64,000 bases of DNA from Lytechinus pictus. Its lineage: Eukaryota. This document shows, piece after piece, positions 13,553-28,059 of the stretch. The DNA is taken from the NCBI RefSeq assembly GCF_037042905.1, contig NC_087251.1, forward strand, positions 26,414,001 to 26,478,000, read 5' to 3'. The first letter of the stretch is position 1. The number at the start of each line of letters is the position of its first letter. The notes under the pieces were generated by a model. That model did no database searches. It was not told the origin of the DNA and saw nothing but the letters and a program-made list of their open reading frames with translations. The position numbers were made by a program, and so were the translations under genes.

Positions 13553-16500
13553 GAGCGTGATCGGTTCATCACGGACGGACATTTGATAGATTTTGAAAAC
13601 TTTGAAGGCTTGTAACAAATTAGGATTAAGATGAACATGGTTCCTTTTTGTTTTATAGTGAAGGGTAGGACAAAGTATGCTGAATGATGAAAAAAGTTTG
13701 TTGCCATGGTTACCTACAAACAAAGGTAGCCACTAAATGTGCCATATCACGGACGGACATGATAGAAATGTGGTTTTCAGAATTTTTGAACATTTTTATT
13801 GTTTTTATCTAAATAGCTTTACTTTGACCAATAATTGTTAATGCAACTTACACTCAGGTATGTTAGCTTCTATGTTCAGCATATTGAATTCTTAACCAAT
13901 ATCAACCATCTGAGAAAATTGCAAATATTTTCCATCATGGACGGACATCTCGGACGGACATCACGGACGGACACAATTAAAATACATTGGAAGTACCTTG
14001 TAAGAATTTCTTATTACTTGTTTGGGGGAACAAATGCTATTGTATTGATGATTTGTACATTTTTTTATATGATTAAACAATATTAGTTGCACAATCAAGT
14101 TGCTACAACTTCAATCAAGTTGCTACAACTTGATTTAAGTTGTAGCAACATGATTTCTATGCTAGACACACAAAATAATCTAGCCATATGATTGCTTTTA
14201 GACACAGTTCTTTTCAAAATCAAATATCCTAATGCACATTGATTGTCTTCTTTTCAATTTAGAGAATACTATAGTTGGTACCAAATCAACATCCAGTGGA
14301 TCAATGATCATGTTGATACTTTTTATGATATATCATGATGATACATGTTCATACATGGTCGCATTTCATAAGTTGGGTATGCAAAAAAGGGTGGCGTATG
14401 AACAATTTTCCACATGGTGCCATGGATAAATTGTTGCTACATCACAGCCCCATGGCCAAATTTGTTGTGTAAGGTCTTATTTTGAAGCTAGAACTATAGG
14501 CTAAATATATCACTATAAATTAGATCAATACAATATCAGGAACAAAAACTATAGCACATTAAGTTTGAAGTAACAGGGGTGGCGGAGCTGGTGGATGCGG
14601 AGCCGGTGGATGCGGTGAATGATAGAATATTAATTAAACCTAATTAACAACTTACTATAATATGTAATATGACTGTTATCCTCATATTTCTGGGCGTTTT
14701 AAAGCAGGGAACAACTAAATATCATAAAAATTTGACAAATTTGAAAATATGCAGCAATGAAATACATGTGTATGTCAGCTCTGATCTGCAACCTAATCAA
14801 TTAGTAAACCGGAGAAATTTGGTTAATTATCTAATTTGTAATCTTAATTTTTAGTACAAATGTTGTGTATCATTGCAACAAACATTTCTATCCATGATGT
14901 TGTCATTTTGCCAAGCATATAAATACAGTGACAGGTATTTTGGGGGCAAAATGTGAAATTAAATACTTAATTAGTATAATTATTATGCATACAGTAATAG
15001 ATAATTATTTGATTTTTGGTACAGAATTAATTATTGATGTTTCAAGATTTTAACTGCAAAATACTAGGGTGATCCAATGTTGCATTAACTTTTGACACCA
15101 TTTTATGTGCAGCAGGTCCAATTTGAGAAAAACAAATTTCAAAATTCACATTTACATTGACGACTATGTAATAATTAGCTGTCAATTAGTCATTTTAAGG
15201 AAAAATAAAGGTTATTCGAGACTTAAATTTTTTTCATTATTTAGAGAATGGTAATAGCTATAACATATAAAAAAAATAAAAATTTTGACCATTTTTACCC
15301 TGTTCGCGAAATTGGACCACCTTATGACATGCGACCACATTTTTAGGCATTAATTTTCGAAGAGCACATATTTTTTTATGTCCATTAACGAAATCCAAAA
15401 GATTCACAGGTTGCTGATCATTATTAAAGTGGAGACACCCCTTCACATCAACAGCCCTCATGTATTTAGGCCCTGACCGAATCCAAAATTGAAATCAGAT
15501 ACCAATTAAACTTCTAAACACTGCAGTGCAAGCTTTATATAAATTTTATGCATTTTCAGATTACCAGATCAGCAATTTGCTCAAAATTAGCTCCAAAATG
15601 GGACTTAAAAAAAAAGGAATTCTTGTACTTTTCACAAGCCTCAAGGACGTGATGTCATGTTCTGTTAGAAGCATTGTGAATCCATAGGTTTGTACATGGA
15701 AAAAAATGATGATTTTTTTTCCTGCTTATCAGAATATGCATTCTTCCATCACTTTCTGCAAGCTTCAATTGATGAAATATACAGCTTTTGACTTATCCTT
15801 GCTCTATTTCATTTCCTGCTTTTCGGCATACATGTAGCTTCCAACTCTATCTGCATTCCAATTATGTTTTTAAAAAAATTCCTGCCAACAATTAAGCCCC
15901 AATAACAGCCAAAGAAAGATTTCACAAAAAATTGTGAAGAGTTATAGGTTTCCATCCATTTGAGTTCTGAATAATTCTCAGTACCATTTTTCACTGCAAA
16001 TTGGAACTAAAATTAAATTCATAATCTGCTCAGTATTTGCTCATTGTCTGTTTGTGATGAAATTAATGTCCGTCTGCGATTATTTTGATTGATTTATGAT
16101 ATGGATAAAATGTATGGATTTTAGCTATATTCAAATGAAATGATGTACAGTGTCTAGTGAGATGCTTCTACACACTTTTATTTTTGTTTCTATTCTGATA
16201 AAGAATAAAAAGCTGAATCCATACATATTATCCATATCATAAACTCAATAAAAATGATCACGGACGGACATTAATTTCATCACGGATGGAAATTTCAAAA
16301 TGGAATGTTAACATCTACCAGAAAAATTTACTTCCCATATTTTTTCAACTAATTTATGTTTGATGATAGATTAATGTTCAGAGTACAAGAAAATCCAAAC
16401 CAAATTGGAGTAACTTTGAAAACAATAAAACTAGAGTGAATTGAATTAGAGTGAATTTACACTGTCCGTCCGTGATGAAATTAATGTCCGTCCGTGATCA

Positions 16501-17030
16501 TTTTTGATTGAGTTTATGATATGGATGAAATGTATGGATTTCAGCTATGTTCAAATAAAATGACTTACAGTGTTTAGTGAGATACCTCTACACCTTTTTA
16601 TTTTTTATTTCTATTCTGATAAAAAATAAAAAAACTTTTTATATTTTTTTTCATCACGGACGGAAATTTCAAAATGGAAATGTTCACACCTACCAAAAAA
16701 AATTACTTCCCAATATTTTATTTCTACTAATTTATGTTTGATAATAGATTAATGTTCAGAGTGCAAGAATATCCAAACCAAATTAGAATAACTTTAAAAA
16801 CAATAAAACTAGAGAGAATTTAATTTGAGTAAAAATGTCCGTCCGTGATGAGAGGTAATAGCACCCCCATGAATAAAATGGACTATTCCAGTACTTTCGG
16901 ATTTATCAATCTTCATGAAACTTAGTTCTTTGAAACCTGAGATATCACAGATTATCTTAAAAGCAATTTTGATAGAAATATCTATAAAAAAAAATTTCAC
17001 CTCAATGCTAACCCTTAACCGATCATGCTC
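13553..17030. mobile_element. Sola2-like non-autonomous DNA transposon, 3.5 kb
   Basis: GGCA|GAGCGTGATCGGTT ... AACCGATCATGCTC|GGCA: 4-bp TSD and GAG...CTC termini. Repeated subterminal TCACGGACGGACA motifs in both orientations; ~420-bp internal duplication (~16050-16850). Confidence 0.85.
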
Positions 17031-17502
17031 GGCAAAGAATTTGAGGCAACCACAAGATGTTAGTATTCTAGTGCCCAGCTCTTGCATCACTCTAGCCCAA
17101 CAGGTCAATTTCAATGGAAGCCATTGGTTATTTTCCTTTGCTTGTTGATACTTTGATTAATTGGTCACAAGGACGAGACGATTTGGACCTACTCCATACT
17201 GACTAGTCTGGAGATAACACAAACCACAGATTACAAAATCAATCAAACCTTTACACAACTACACAGTAACAACATTAATGTACAGTATGTTGAGTCAGTA
17301 ATATCAAAAAGAATATGAAAAGAAAACCACATCATTCCTAATATTATACTGTAGGTGCCAAACATAATAACCCCATAAAACTTGGTATACCACATTATCA
17401 TCCTGTTTTGCCGAGGGTCTTTGCTTTCCCACGACCAACAAAACTTGGGTGATGTTTGTAGCAATACACCCTTCCTGCATGCTCTACACTTCCTGACACT
17501 AT

Positions 17503-17965
17503 GAGGCTGTTCTCACTCAGTTCCTTAAACTAGTTTAGTGGAAACTAGTTTAGTGGAAACTAGTTTAACGCTAAGTGAGAACGGTCGAAGCGCTCTTGGA
17601 AGCGCTCTTCCAAACCAGTTTGGAAGACCACCTCGCGATGTAGTTTTCAAGATCGCTTCGCATCGGAAAAGTGGTTTTAGCGTAAGTGAGGACACAACCG
17701 TTCTTCGGGAAGCGATCTTCGCACAGTTTGAGCGCGCTACTCCACACGACAGGTGTAGAATGCCTATGCTGCGGTTTCGAATTTCGCGCGAAACGTGTCT
17801 CCCCACTGAGAGCGTTTCCATAGCAACAAGAGCGCTATACGTGAAGTGATTTTGAAAACCACTTTCGTGTGATCAAGTGAGAACGCTAGCAAAGCGATCT
17901 TCCAAACTGGCTTTCTGAACCGGTTCCCAGTAAACTAGTTTTAGGAACGTAGTGAGAACAGCCTC
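17503..17965. mobile_element. PIF/Harbinger-like MITE (3-bp TSD TAT)
   Basis: TAT|GAGGCTGTTCTCACT ... AGTGAGAACAGCCTC|TAT; repeated aaactagttt motifs. Confidence 0.85.
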
Positions 17966-20954
17966 TATGAACTTGATGAAGACCACTGTTTTTTTCCTGT
18001 CATCGAAAAAAAAATCGGGCAATTAATTTCCACTCCATTGATTTGTGTTAAATAGAAAGGGAATATTACTGTATGCATCATGAAATGATCCATGGCAACA
18101 AAGTCAAAGCCCCATGACTAGGCCTAGGCCTGTATTTCATAGGAACATACTGTAGAGCCCACACTGTACATTACTTTACAGGTAGACATTAATAGGTTTT
18201 GTCACAAATATGAACATGAAAACATTGTTTAACAGCCTATAAATCACCATTTCTGATAATGTTTGAACAATTTACACCAAATCGAGCAAAAATCGAGCTT
18301 AAATATGCTGTATCACTGAATGCATTTGTCACTTTAGACTCTCTTTAAACTAAAATATGATTTTCACAAAGACACCCACATATAGGCCTGGGTACCATGG
18401 TAAAAAAAAGTTTTTAAAAATACAATCAAAACTAAAACACACAAAAAAACATAGTAGGATTGCAGTCCAAATTATTCAAGATAATAATAAACACAAGTTC
18501 TCACAAGTACGCTGTAGCCTCGAACCTTGTATACAGAGCTTCCTTCAAATTACTATTGGAAGGAATTGGCAAAGAAGGACAGGAAATATGAAATATAAAC
18601 TTGAAATTAATCACCTATGAATCAGGTCAACAGTGATATATGAACTGTTTGAGTTGATCAACAGATCAATCAATCATGAGTTTATTGTCCACTTTCTTTC
18701 CAAGACTTCTCACTTCACTTTTTCTTCCAGTTTTGCTCCGAAAAACAAAGTACATGTGCATATAAAAGTTTAACTGCACTCCCTATTATATGTTGTATTA
18801 TGTTTACTTTTTATTTACATGAGAGAATAATACTACACATGCTATTAGGCATATGGGGGGGGGGGGCGTTTGATGAGGTGTCTAATTACTAACTAGTATT
18901 CTTTATTGATAAAGGTTACATTTGACTAAAGCCAAAAGGCACAAACATTTTTAATTATAACAGTGATTAAAAACACAAAACCACTTTTAATCATCAAATG
19001 CTCCTAAGCAGGCAAAAACAATTTTAGAATTATTTTCAGGAGCTCCACTTCACAGCTTACTGCCTAATTCTGCAACATTGGATAATCTTTAACATGGAAA
19101 TGAATTGGGATTTTTCCCAGGCTTCTTTTTATAGTCTCCAGGACTGTTTTGAGCATTCTGGGGGTGAAATTGCCCCTATCCCCCGTGTAATTTTTTCCCT
19201 GCTCCCAAGTAAAGGTAAAGAGTATTAAGTGTTTAAAGCATCTATGATTAACCAGACCTGTATTAATTATCGGAAAAAATTGGCGACACACATATCTGTG
19301 CTAAGTCTCTTGTTTTCTTGTGTCACTACATGTACAGTATTTACGTCGATAGGCGATGTATTGCCCACAAACATGAAGCTACACACGTACATTACATATT
19401 TAATGACATTACATTTGCAATAACCCTGCAGTGATAGTGGTATGCATGTCACATTACTCCCAATGATTGAACAGGAAAGCATTTAATTGGATTCCGTTAG
19501 ATACATCAGAGTAGCTTTCTCAGCTTAACGAACCCTTGCTTGGTGTATTTTGAGCATCAACTGAGCTCCACTTGATCCCACATTAAGTGCATGCCACAAG
19601 AAATTACTTGATCCCTTTAACCAGTCAAAATGTCAAATGCTGTTTGGAATATGTATATATATATATATATATGTATATATTAACAAGATTTTGCAGCCAA
19701 AAATGAGTGAGGGACAGAGAGCCACATAACATAAAGCTTACAAAGTGATAATACAACTTATTTTTATGATTGGTTTCATGAATGATTGTACATTACACTC
19801 AATGCAATCAATTATAAAATTTTGATCTATAATCAATTGCTAAGCTTTGAGTTACGGAGCTCAGATTACTGAGAGACAACAGTATGGCATAGATGGTCAT
19901 AAAAGAGACACCTACATGTATCTCATTACAGTTTATAACTCAATTATCATCCTTTTAATTAAGGCTAGCCAGAACACCCAAATCATCACCAAGATTTAAA
20001 GGTTTAGTTGGTTTTAAGGAACTTGAAAATGAATAGAAGTGGCTTTCCGACACCGTCTGAAGGTACAAAATCAATCATTTTCAAATATCGTTCTACCATG
20101 AATGTCTCAAACGTTTCCTTCAATGGTAAGGCGTAAGGAAATCCTGCCGCTAGGATGACTGCATGGAAAACATCCACATCCAAATAGACAGGAGTAAAAT
20201 TCATACAGATATGGAGTATTTCAGAACTGAAATTTCATTCAAAATTATTTTATACAGCTACGCACCCTCAAATGGCTAAAAAGTAGGTCAGAAAGAATTC
20301 ATGCATTCCATTTCCACTGACGGTGCTATACATGAACAATGCCTTTGGACTGTGTTCAATCAATATTTTTTATCCCCAAAATATCGGTTCAATCAATTTG
20401 TTGTCTTTATTTTTTTTCTTTAAAAAAGGTCTTTGAATACATAAGTTACATGAAATGCTGAAAAGGCTGTGTTTAAAAAGCGATTTGAAATCAACTGACA
20501 GGAAAAGTTGATCGAACACAATGGAGATCTCAATCAAAATTCAACCATACAGTACACTCCAAAGTTGACCGTTACTTCCAGAGTCAGACTCACTGATCTG
20601 CTATGCGTGTTGGGTGGGCTTGAAAGGGAGAGAAAAAGCTTTTTTTAATATAGTGTATCATTTGTGATACTTGTTGTTTGCGATTCTAGCCAAAGAAATT
20701 GTATGAACACACGTTTGTACATTCATCTTCTTCCTTCATCTTTGCTTGCTTGGCACTCATTAAATTCTCATTCAGGATGATCTTTAGAAAAGTTCAGTCA
20801 TCAGAATAGAAATGAAGATGTGTAGGTAGCCTACATGTTTACTGATCAGATAAAAGCAAATACAAATTGAAATATGCAGAGGTTTTGTATGTGAAGGTCA
20901 AATGCAAATAAAAAATCTAGGGAATAAAATATATTTTGTTCTTTTTTCTTATCG

Positions 20955-21150
20955 ATAAGGGATAGTCAGCCTCAACACACGTTGATTTGAATAAAAGAGA
21001 AAATCAAGGAAGTATCACGCTGAAAATTTTATTTAAATCGGATTAACATTAGAAAGTTTGATATTATATTTCAAAATTTTTCTTATTTTTCTATTCATAT
21101 GCATAACACGTTGATATTTCAATGAGAGAGTTGGTGATAAAAAGGAGAAT
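20955..21150 (+). mobile_element. Truncated Kolobok-like fragment
   Basis: gttgatttgaataaaagagaaaatc...gctgaaaatttt...aaatcggat matches the left end of the element at 53796. Confidence 0.6.
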
Positions 21151-21221
21151 CTTCGTCAAATCACAATGGCAACAATAATTAGCTGATTTTTAGAAAGTAC
21201 TGTATAGCATAGGCCTATATT

Positions 21222-21438
21222 GGTGACACGACGTTTGCTCCCGCAACATTGAACATTTGCTCAAGTCTGAATATCTCAGAGGACATAGGGTTAGAGTTAG
21301 GAGTTAGGATTGTAATAAAGTTTTTGGTTCAGAATAATGTAAAGATAAGGATTAGGGTTTATTTACGTAGTTGTGGAGGTTAGGTTTTATGTTTGGCTTA
21401 ACTTGCAGATTTTCCATGGGAGCAAATGTCATGGAGCC
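21222..21438. mobile_element. Small MITE with GG...CC termini, 8-bp TSD and TTAGG-like internal repeats
   Basis: TIR ggtgacacgacgtttgctccc ... gggagcaaatgtcatggagcc; flanks cctatatt / tctatatt. Confidence 0.75.
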
Positions 21439-22064
21439 TCTATATTTACTAGAGATAACTTGCGAATTTCCCAAAAATTTTGCCACACTTATCCAAAATG
21501 TAAATTTTCACTTATGTTACATACTTGCAGGTCATTTGCCTGCCATAGCAATGTGCTATTAATATGTGTAATAAAACTGATTCAGTGTCAGTAATCCAGT
21601 GTTCGAAGGATCATCAAAATAATATGTCTTTCAACCCATTCTCCATTGCACCAAACCCTCAAGCATGGATGAACTTCACGCAGGGGTGGCAGTAGATTTC
21701 CCCAAGCCCATCCGAAATCAGATCACAAGCGCAGCCGCAAATATCATCCGAACTAGGGATTATTGATCAATAAAACCCTTGAGGGAAATCTGCAATTGGC
21801 CCTCATTTCCACAAGAAGTACTTCATATTCCTGTCAGATTTAAACCTATAATCAGTGCACTTGTACTTTGAAAACTACCCGAGCCTAGCCAAGTTGAGTG
21901 TGAACTTCCACCCTAGAGTGCTAAAAAGAATATTATTCCTCAGCTGCTTGACTTCTCTTTTCTAATCGATCGCAAAGTCATCATCATTAATGATATAAAC
22001 TTAATGAATGTATCAATTGTGTTGATACTGAACAGAGGCATTATATACTGCTATTGACAATGGC

Positions 22065-22382
22065 AATGATTGTGATGTTGGTGGTGGTTGGGTGGTGGTG
22101 GTTGGGTGGTGGTGGTTCCTGTTTGCCAGCTAGCAGTAGTGATGATAATGATAAATAAATTAATGATGATGATTGAACATGATTAGGGTGGCAACGGTGG
22201 TGGTGGTGGTGGTGATAAAGATGTAGACAATGATGATGGTGATGAAGATGATGATGTTATTGATGATGATGATGATAATGATGATGATGCTGATGATGAT
22301 ACATGTAGTGATGATGATGATATGTTGGTTAAGTTGATGATGGTGCCATGGTGGTGATAAAGGCAATTATGACGATGATGAC
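22065..22382. repeat. (GAT)n/(GGT)n low-complexity tract
   Basis: Degenerate trinucleotide repeats; source of the spurious poly-I/S/H ORFs. Confidence 0.9.
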
Positions 22383-23440
22383 AAGTTCTGTTGATACATC
22401 GGGAATGCTTAAAAGTAAGCAATTTGCAGAACAAAACAAATTGGATATTCCATGGGCTGGCATTATACATTTTTCAGTCAAATGTTTTGGGATTAAATTC
22501 ATGAGCATTTACCCTGCATGCATGCTATCAGAATTATACCAAACATTTAAATACAAGAGCTAAATTCCCAAATACCAGAAGTATATCTTTTTATCACAAG
22601 ATTCTACCACATTTTTCAATAAATTGGCTCTTGGAATCTCATAAAATAATGGCACTACAGGACACATTTATGTACTTCCAAGCATACAGATAGACGACAC
22701 ATACATGTACAGTACTGTCCATCCTATACCTTCTCTACCAGTATATTGATTCCTTCATTGACTAATGCTGGTATGAGAGGAAATCTGTTGATCAATCTAC
22801 ATTATCAAACAGGTGCAAAACATGATCTTGGTAGTGTACAGTCAATAGCAATGCAGAGAAATTTATCAAGGATCTGAACTCATATTATGATATCATGAGA
22901 CTCAATACATGTACTTATAGTGGATTCGGGGGGGAGGGGCTGAACGATGTACAAGCAGAGGATCAAAAACTGCATGGGTACTCTGGGAAACGGGAAAATT
23001 TGTTATGGGGTCTGTATTCCCATATTCTGGCGACAACTTGTTTAGGGGCCAAAATGTGTAAATGAAGCCCGCGAAAACCTTTAGGGCTGTTTAGGGCCAT
23101 TTAGGGGGTTATTTTGCACACTGAGAAAAACTCGTTTAGGGAGTGTTTGGAAATAATATATTTGACTGCCCCCCCCCCCTCCCCCAGCCCTCGGGTACTG
23201 TACACCTTCAAAAATTGTTGATGGGCAAATGTCATGCCATCAAACATGTCATAATAAGTATGACAATATGAGTTACTTTTATAACACAAAATGTTCTAAC
23301 ATGGATATACTTGACACATTAAAGATTATTTTTATTAGTTAACCTAAAATCTAAATTCAGCAACAGCTTGCAAATTGAACATGTTGATGTGGATACATAC
23401 TGTAAGACCAAATACTAGTAACCAGATCAAATTTGTGTAC

Positions 23441-24266
23441 CAAACAAGGCAGAAGCGATTTTGTCTCGCCCACTTATGAAAATAACCAGAAATATCTTGA
23501 TTTGCGAGGGCACGCAACAGAATTGTATCGAAACTTCATTGCAAAATGGCTGGGATGGAATAACACTTGCCATAAGAGTCTTGCATGTAAACTTCAATGT
23601 TGACCTCAAATTGAACTTTGACCTTACCATGTGACCTCCGAGTGCAGCATAACATGCAGGTCCCCCAAGTCCATCTACCATCCAAGTTTGGTTGAAAAGT
23701 GACTTACGGTTGCGGAGTTAGGTGTCATAATGAGAGTCTTGCATGTAAAATTTAACGTTGACCTGAAAATGACCTTTGACCTTACCATGTGACCTCCGAC
23801 TGCAGCTTAGTATGCAGGTCCCCGATGTCCATCTACCATTCAAGTTTGATTGAAAAGTGACATACAGTGTACGGTTGCGGAGTTAGGTGTCATAAGAGAG
23901 AGTCTTGCATGTAAACTGTAACGTTGATCTGAACATGACCTTTGACCTTACCATGTGACGTCTGACTGCAGCCTAACATGCAGGTCCCCAAGTCCATCTA
24001 CCATCCAAGTTTGATTGAAAAGTGACATACGGTTGCGGAGTTAGGTGTCATAATAGAGTCTAGCATGTAAACTTTAACGTTGACCTGAAAATGACCTTTG
24101 ACCTTACCATGTGACCTCCAACTGCAGCATAACATGCAGGTCTCCTAAGTCCATCTACCATCCAAGTTTGGTTGAAAAGTGACCAACGGTTGCGGAGTTA
24201 TGTGTCATAAGGTTTGTGACGGACGGACGGACGGACGATAGACGACATTTGGATCCCTAAGTCTCT
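23441..24266. mobile_element. HINE (Helentron-associated, Tsp/pearl-like) element with four ~160-bp tandem units
   Basis: Starts aaacaaggcagaagcgattttgtctcgcc; units gagtcttgcatgtaaa...ggagttaggtgtcata at ~23575, 23734, 23900 and 24056; then a (GGAC)n microsatellite and ggatccctaagtctc end. Confidence 0.75.
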
Positions 24267-25369
24267 ACAGCTGTAGATCTACATGTATATATAATAAAAT
24301 TCAAAATATCAATGTCTTCTCATGAACTTACTGTTTGTGTGTTCGAAGGCCTTCATTGGATATTTGGATTACATACTGAACATGAAGGTCAGTGACTGTC
24401 TTATGATAAATTGCAAATATCATCAGTTTTCAATTGGATGAAAGCAACATCTAACCAAATCATAAATTGTGGGTTTGAGGCAACTTTTCCTTTTCAATAA
24501 TTCTCATTGCAAAACCAATTTCCAAGATCTGTTTTTTTTTCTCTCTCTCTCTCAGCAACACAAACGGATTACTTTTCTCATCCCATCTGTCTCAAATATC
24601 ACACTGGTAGAATAACATTCAAGTCATGCTGCAAATATGTGCATGGTTTCATCCAATCACTAACATGAAACATGATGCCAAATCTCTGGAACAATACATA
24701 ATTACATTTTCCCCAATTTCCCACAGAAATATGCCTTTCCTCTCAGTTTCAGCATCATACATGTATGTTTCTCACTATATGCTTTTTTAAAGGTAAATAT
24801 CTCATAATCATTCAAAATTGAACAATTTGAATTCATTTTGAACTGCTCTTAACATAATGTTTATTGTAGATCGTCCTTAAATAACAAAAATAATTTTAAA
24901 AATCTCCACTGCTGATCAATTATTAATTGAAAAAGTTTTTCTGGAGGTTATTAGTTTCCAATTTTTTTTTTTTTTAGTTTCAGAGCAGAAGTTTCCTTTT
25001 AAGCTCAACATCAGATACACAAGAAAAAAAAAGATGATGGGCATTTAAACATAGTATTGTAAATATCTATTCAATTTGAAGTGGTTTTGTTGTGGTTAAG
25101 GGTATGCTTAGGCATTCATCAATCAAGATATCTGTTAGATATGTGTACACCACACCAGTGGTTTCAGGCTGTGGGAAAGAATGAATGATTCAGTACACGC
25201 CTATACACTTAATTTGGTAGAGTACTGAACATGAATTAGAGGCCTGCAGTATCGTTGTTTTTTATACTACAGGTACAGTACTGGTACTTGAACAAGAATT
25301 TGACAATTACAAAATGTGGATATGGCATCTTCTTGAACAACAAAAACTGAAGAACATATGATATCATAA

Positions 25370-25535
25370 ACAAATAATTAAATAATAAATAAAAATAAAT
25401 CCATTGTAAATCCCCTAATATAAATAAATAAATAAAGGATGAATAAATATACATCTATTGTAAATCCCTAATAAAATAAAAAAATAAATGAATAAATAAA
25501 TAAATAAATAAATAAATAAAATATATAAATAAACA
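25370..25535. repeat. (AAAT)n-rich microsatellite region
   Basis: Run of taaa/aaat units with a short internal duplication (attgtaaatccc(c)taata). Confidence 0.85.
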
Positions 25536-28059
25536 AATTGATTGATACAGTATACATAGGCCTAGTACATGTAATGTATATAGGCCTACATGTACATGTA
25601 CATAGTCATAGAAATAAAAATATACCGGTAAAATAAAAAAATAAAGTCAACAAAATATTTGACTCAGGCAATAAGGTTACCAACAAGTACCTCAGAAAGA
25701 ATTAGTTTTGGTGTTTATATTTCGGTTAGTTTTTTTATTTACCATTTTACTTGGCATATTGAATAACGAAACTTAGTTTACCTACATACTCCATCACACG
25801 TACATGTAGAGTAACTTCTCATGCACTGAAAATTTATTGTTGGCTCAATGTAGAGAAATAATTAGAAGGCTTCATGGATCATAAATAGCACATCACTCGG
25901 GTTGTTGAACCCCACTCTATCAATTACTCGTAAACAAAAAACACTCACTGAAAATGACTGGATACTCTCTGGCTTGGCTCATTGCTTGGCTCAGGGCCCG
26001 GTCAACTCATTTCATACATGTGAGCGTACAATGGAAAAGGTCAAGTCAGCATGGATTTTCAATTACACGGCATACTTTAAGAATTATGATGGAATTTCAG
26101 GCTTAGAAACATACTTACAGGAAACTTGACCACTAAAGGGGCCTACACATGCATGCACATCACATGTCGGCCCACATTTCATGTAAGATTTAGAAAGAAA
26201 CTGAGTACCGGTACTATCTAGCGAATAGGAAAAATATACAATGTAGGAACAAAAAAAAAACATTTATCTATATAACAGCAAAAAAAAATGATATCTCAAC
26301 CTGTAAGTATGAAAATAGCTCCCATAAATTACGAATGGTTTGTACATGGATGTAGTACAAAAGCACAGCAAAAATAGTCCCCACAAGAAAATAATATTTT
26401 CCTGCAATTTTTTAATCTCAAGTGGTACTGGGTATAATGTGTGTCAAATTCTGTATCAACTTTAAATCTGAAAGTATATGTAAACAGACTATTTTTCCTA
26501 AATAAATTTGAAGATCTTATGACCACATCTAAATCCAAGCTATCTGTCATCAGAATAAATTAATGCCAATAACTAAGAATCATAAAAATTAAACTTCCAC
26601 AATTAGTATGTCTATGTATGAATATATATATGCAAGTGTGAACAAATATCCCACTGAGGATTACCATTGTGCTCACGTTTGGGTTCAAAGCCGTGATGAC
26701 ACAACCTCAGGCGCATAAGGGCCAAAATTATGATGACCAGTCATGGCTTTGGTATTTCCCTGCCAAAGTGGGCTGGGAGGATAGGGATTTACTCCTAATA
26801 ACCAGCAGAAATGGTGCCAGGACCCACAGGGTCACAAACTCAGAATAAAACGCATGGATTGATAGTTTGTGTACGTGCATTTGAAATCTACAGAGGCCAC
26901 TGGGTCAGGTTTCATATAGGGTGTACATGGACAAAAAGATGTCCTAAACAAAAAGTGTCATGAGAAGTATGATTGAAAACATTTTTCACACTCCAGGTCA
27001 AAATCATATATCCTGAAAAGATTGAGAATGTGGCTGTACGATTTTGAAATTAGTATTTAATATGAGAGGGATGGAGGGTTTGTGGTGTACAGTGACCTCC
27101 ATAGAATCATTAAAAAAAAACTGAAGTAAGAAAATCAATTACAAACTGGGAAATCAAAAGGCCTTTGTGGAATTATCACAGATGACACATTAAGTGAACA
27201 ATATGAGTAATGAACAGTGAAAAATTAAATTGAACACTATTGAATGAATACATCTAAGTCCACTTTTTGTACATCTACATTTACATCTACATGGATCCTA
27301 CTCTTCATTATTTTCATTATCAAGATATGGAAGTTTCAATTTTCTTTCACAGAATTTAGGTGCTAATATAGAAGCAATTGTAGGGTGGGCATTATCTTTA
27401 ATACCGAAACCCCCAACATTTTCATTTTCAATGTTTGATGAACATGAAACAGAATACATGTAGTATTATCATGACTCCCACCGTATCCAGTTTTGTAGAA
27501 AATTATCATAGATTTTAAATAATTACAAGACCTGTGGTTGTAAAAAACATCAGAAACGCTAAAAAAGTAATGGATTAACAACTCGCCAGTTACACTATTT
27601 CATGAGTAATAGACTCCTTTATTACATGCACAAACAGTTACTTCCAATACAAGTATATGTTTGTAATTGTTTACAAATTATTGCTTGCTAAGAGTCAATA
27701 TTTACTCTAACCCACTGCTATTTGTGAGTAGGTCCATAACAAATAATAACCATGAAAGAGGGGAAAACAACATTCTTTCTATTGTGCAAATATTGTTTTT
27801 ATTCATTTTTTTATTCTGAAAATGCAAGGTCCTATACAGAATTTCCCCTCATTAGGGCTTAATTGATCTCAAATGGCCGTTTTCTTTTCCAAAAAGGAAA
27901 AACCTTGCTCTCAAGAATGTCATAAAAATTATGATCTCAGTTGTATTAATATGTTGGTCAATGATAATCACGTTCCTTGATGTATCATTTCTCTATTGCT
28001 GCAAGTCAATCTGCTACATGTATAATTTATTTACAATGCAGTGTGGTTATTTATCAAAA

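Noticed and set aside
20004..20227. Exon-like unique block (66-aa minus ORF; or plus-strand ACCATG...G|GTAAGG)
   Set aside because: No consistent acceptor-donor pair or recognisable protein; strand is ambiguous.
21280..21395. Interstitial telomere-like TTAGGG/TTAGG repeats
   Set aside because: Degenerate and contained within a small TIR/TSD-bounded MITE.
22160..22470. Poly-Ile/Ser/His ORFs
   Set aside because: Translations of a (GAT/GGT)n low-complexity tract.
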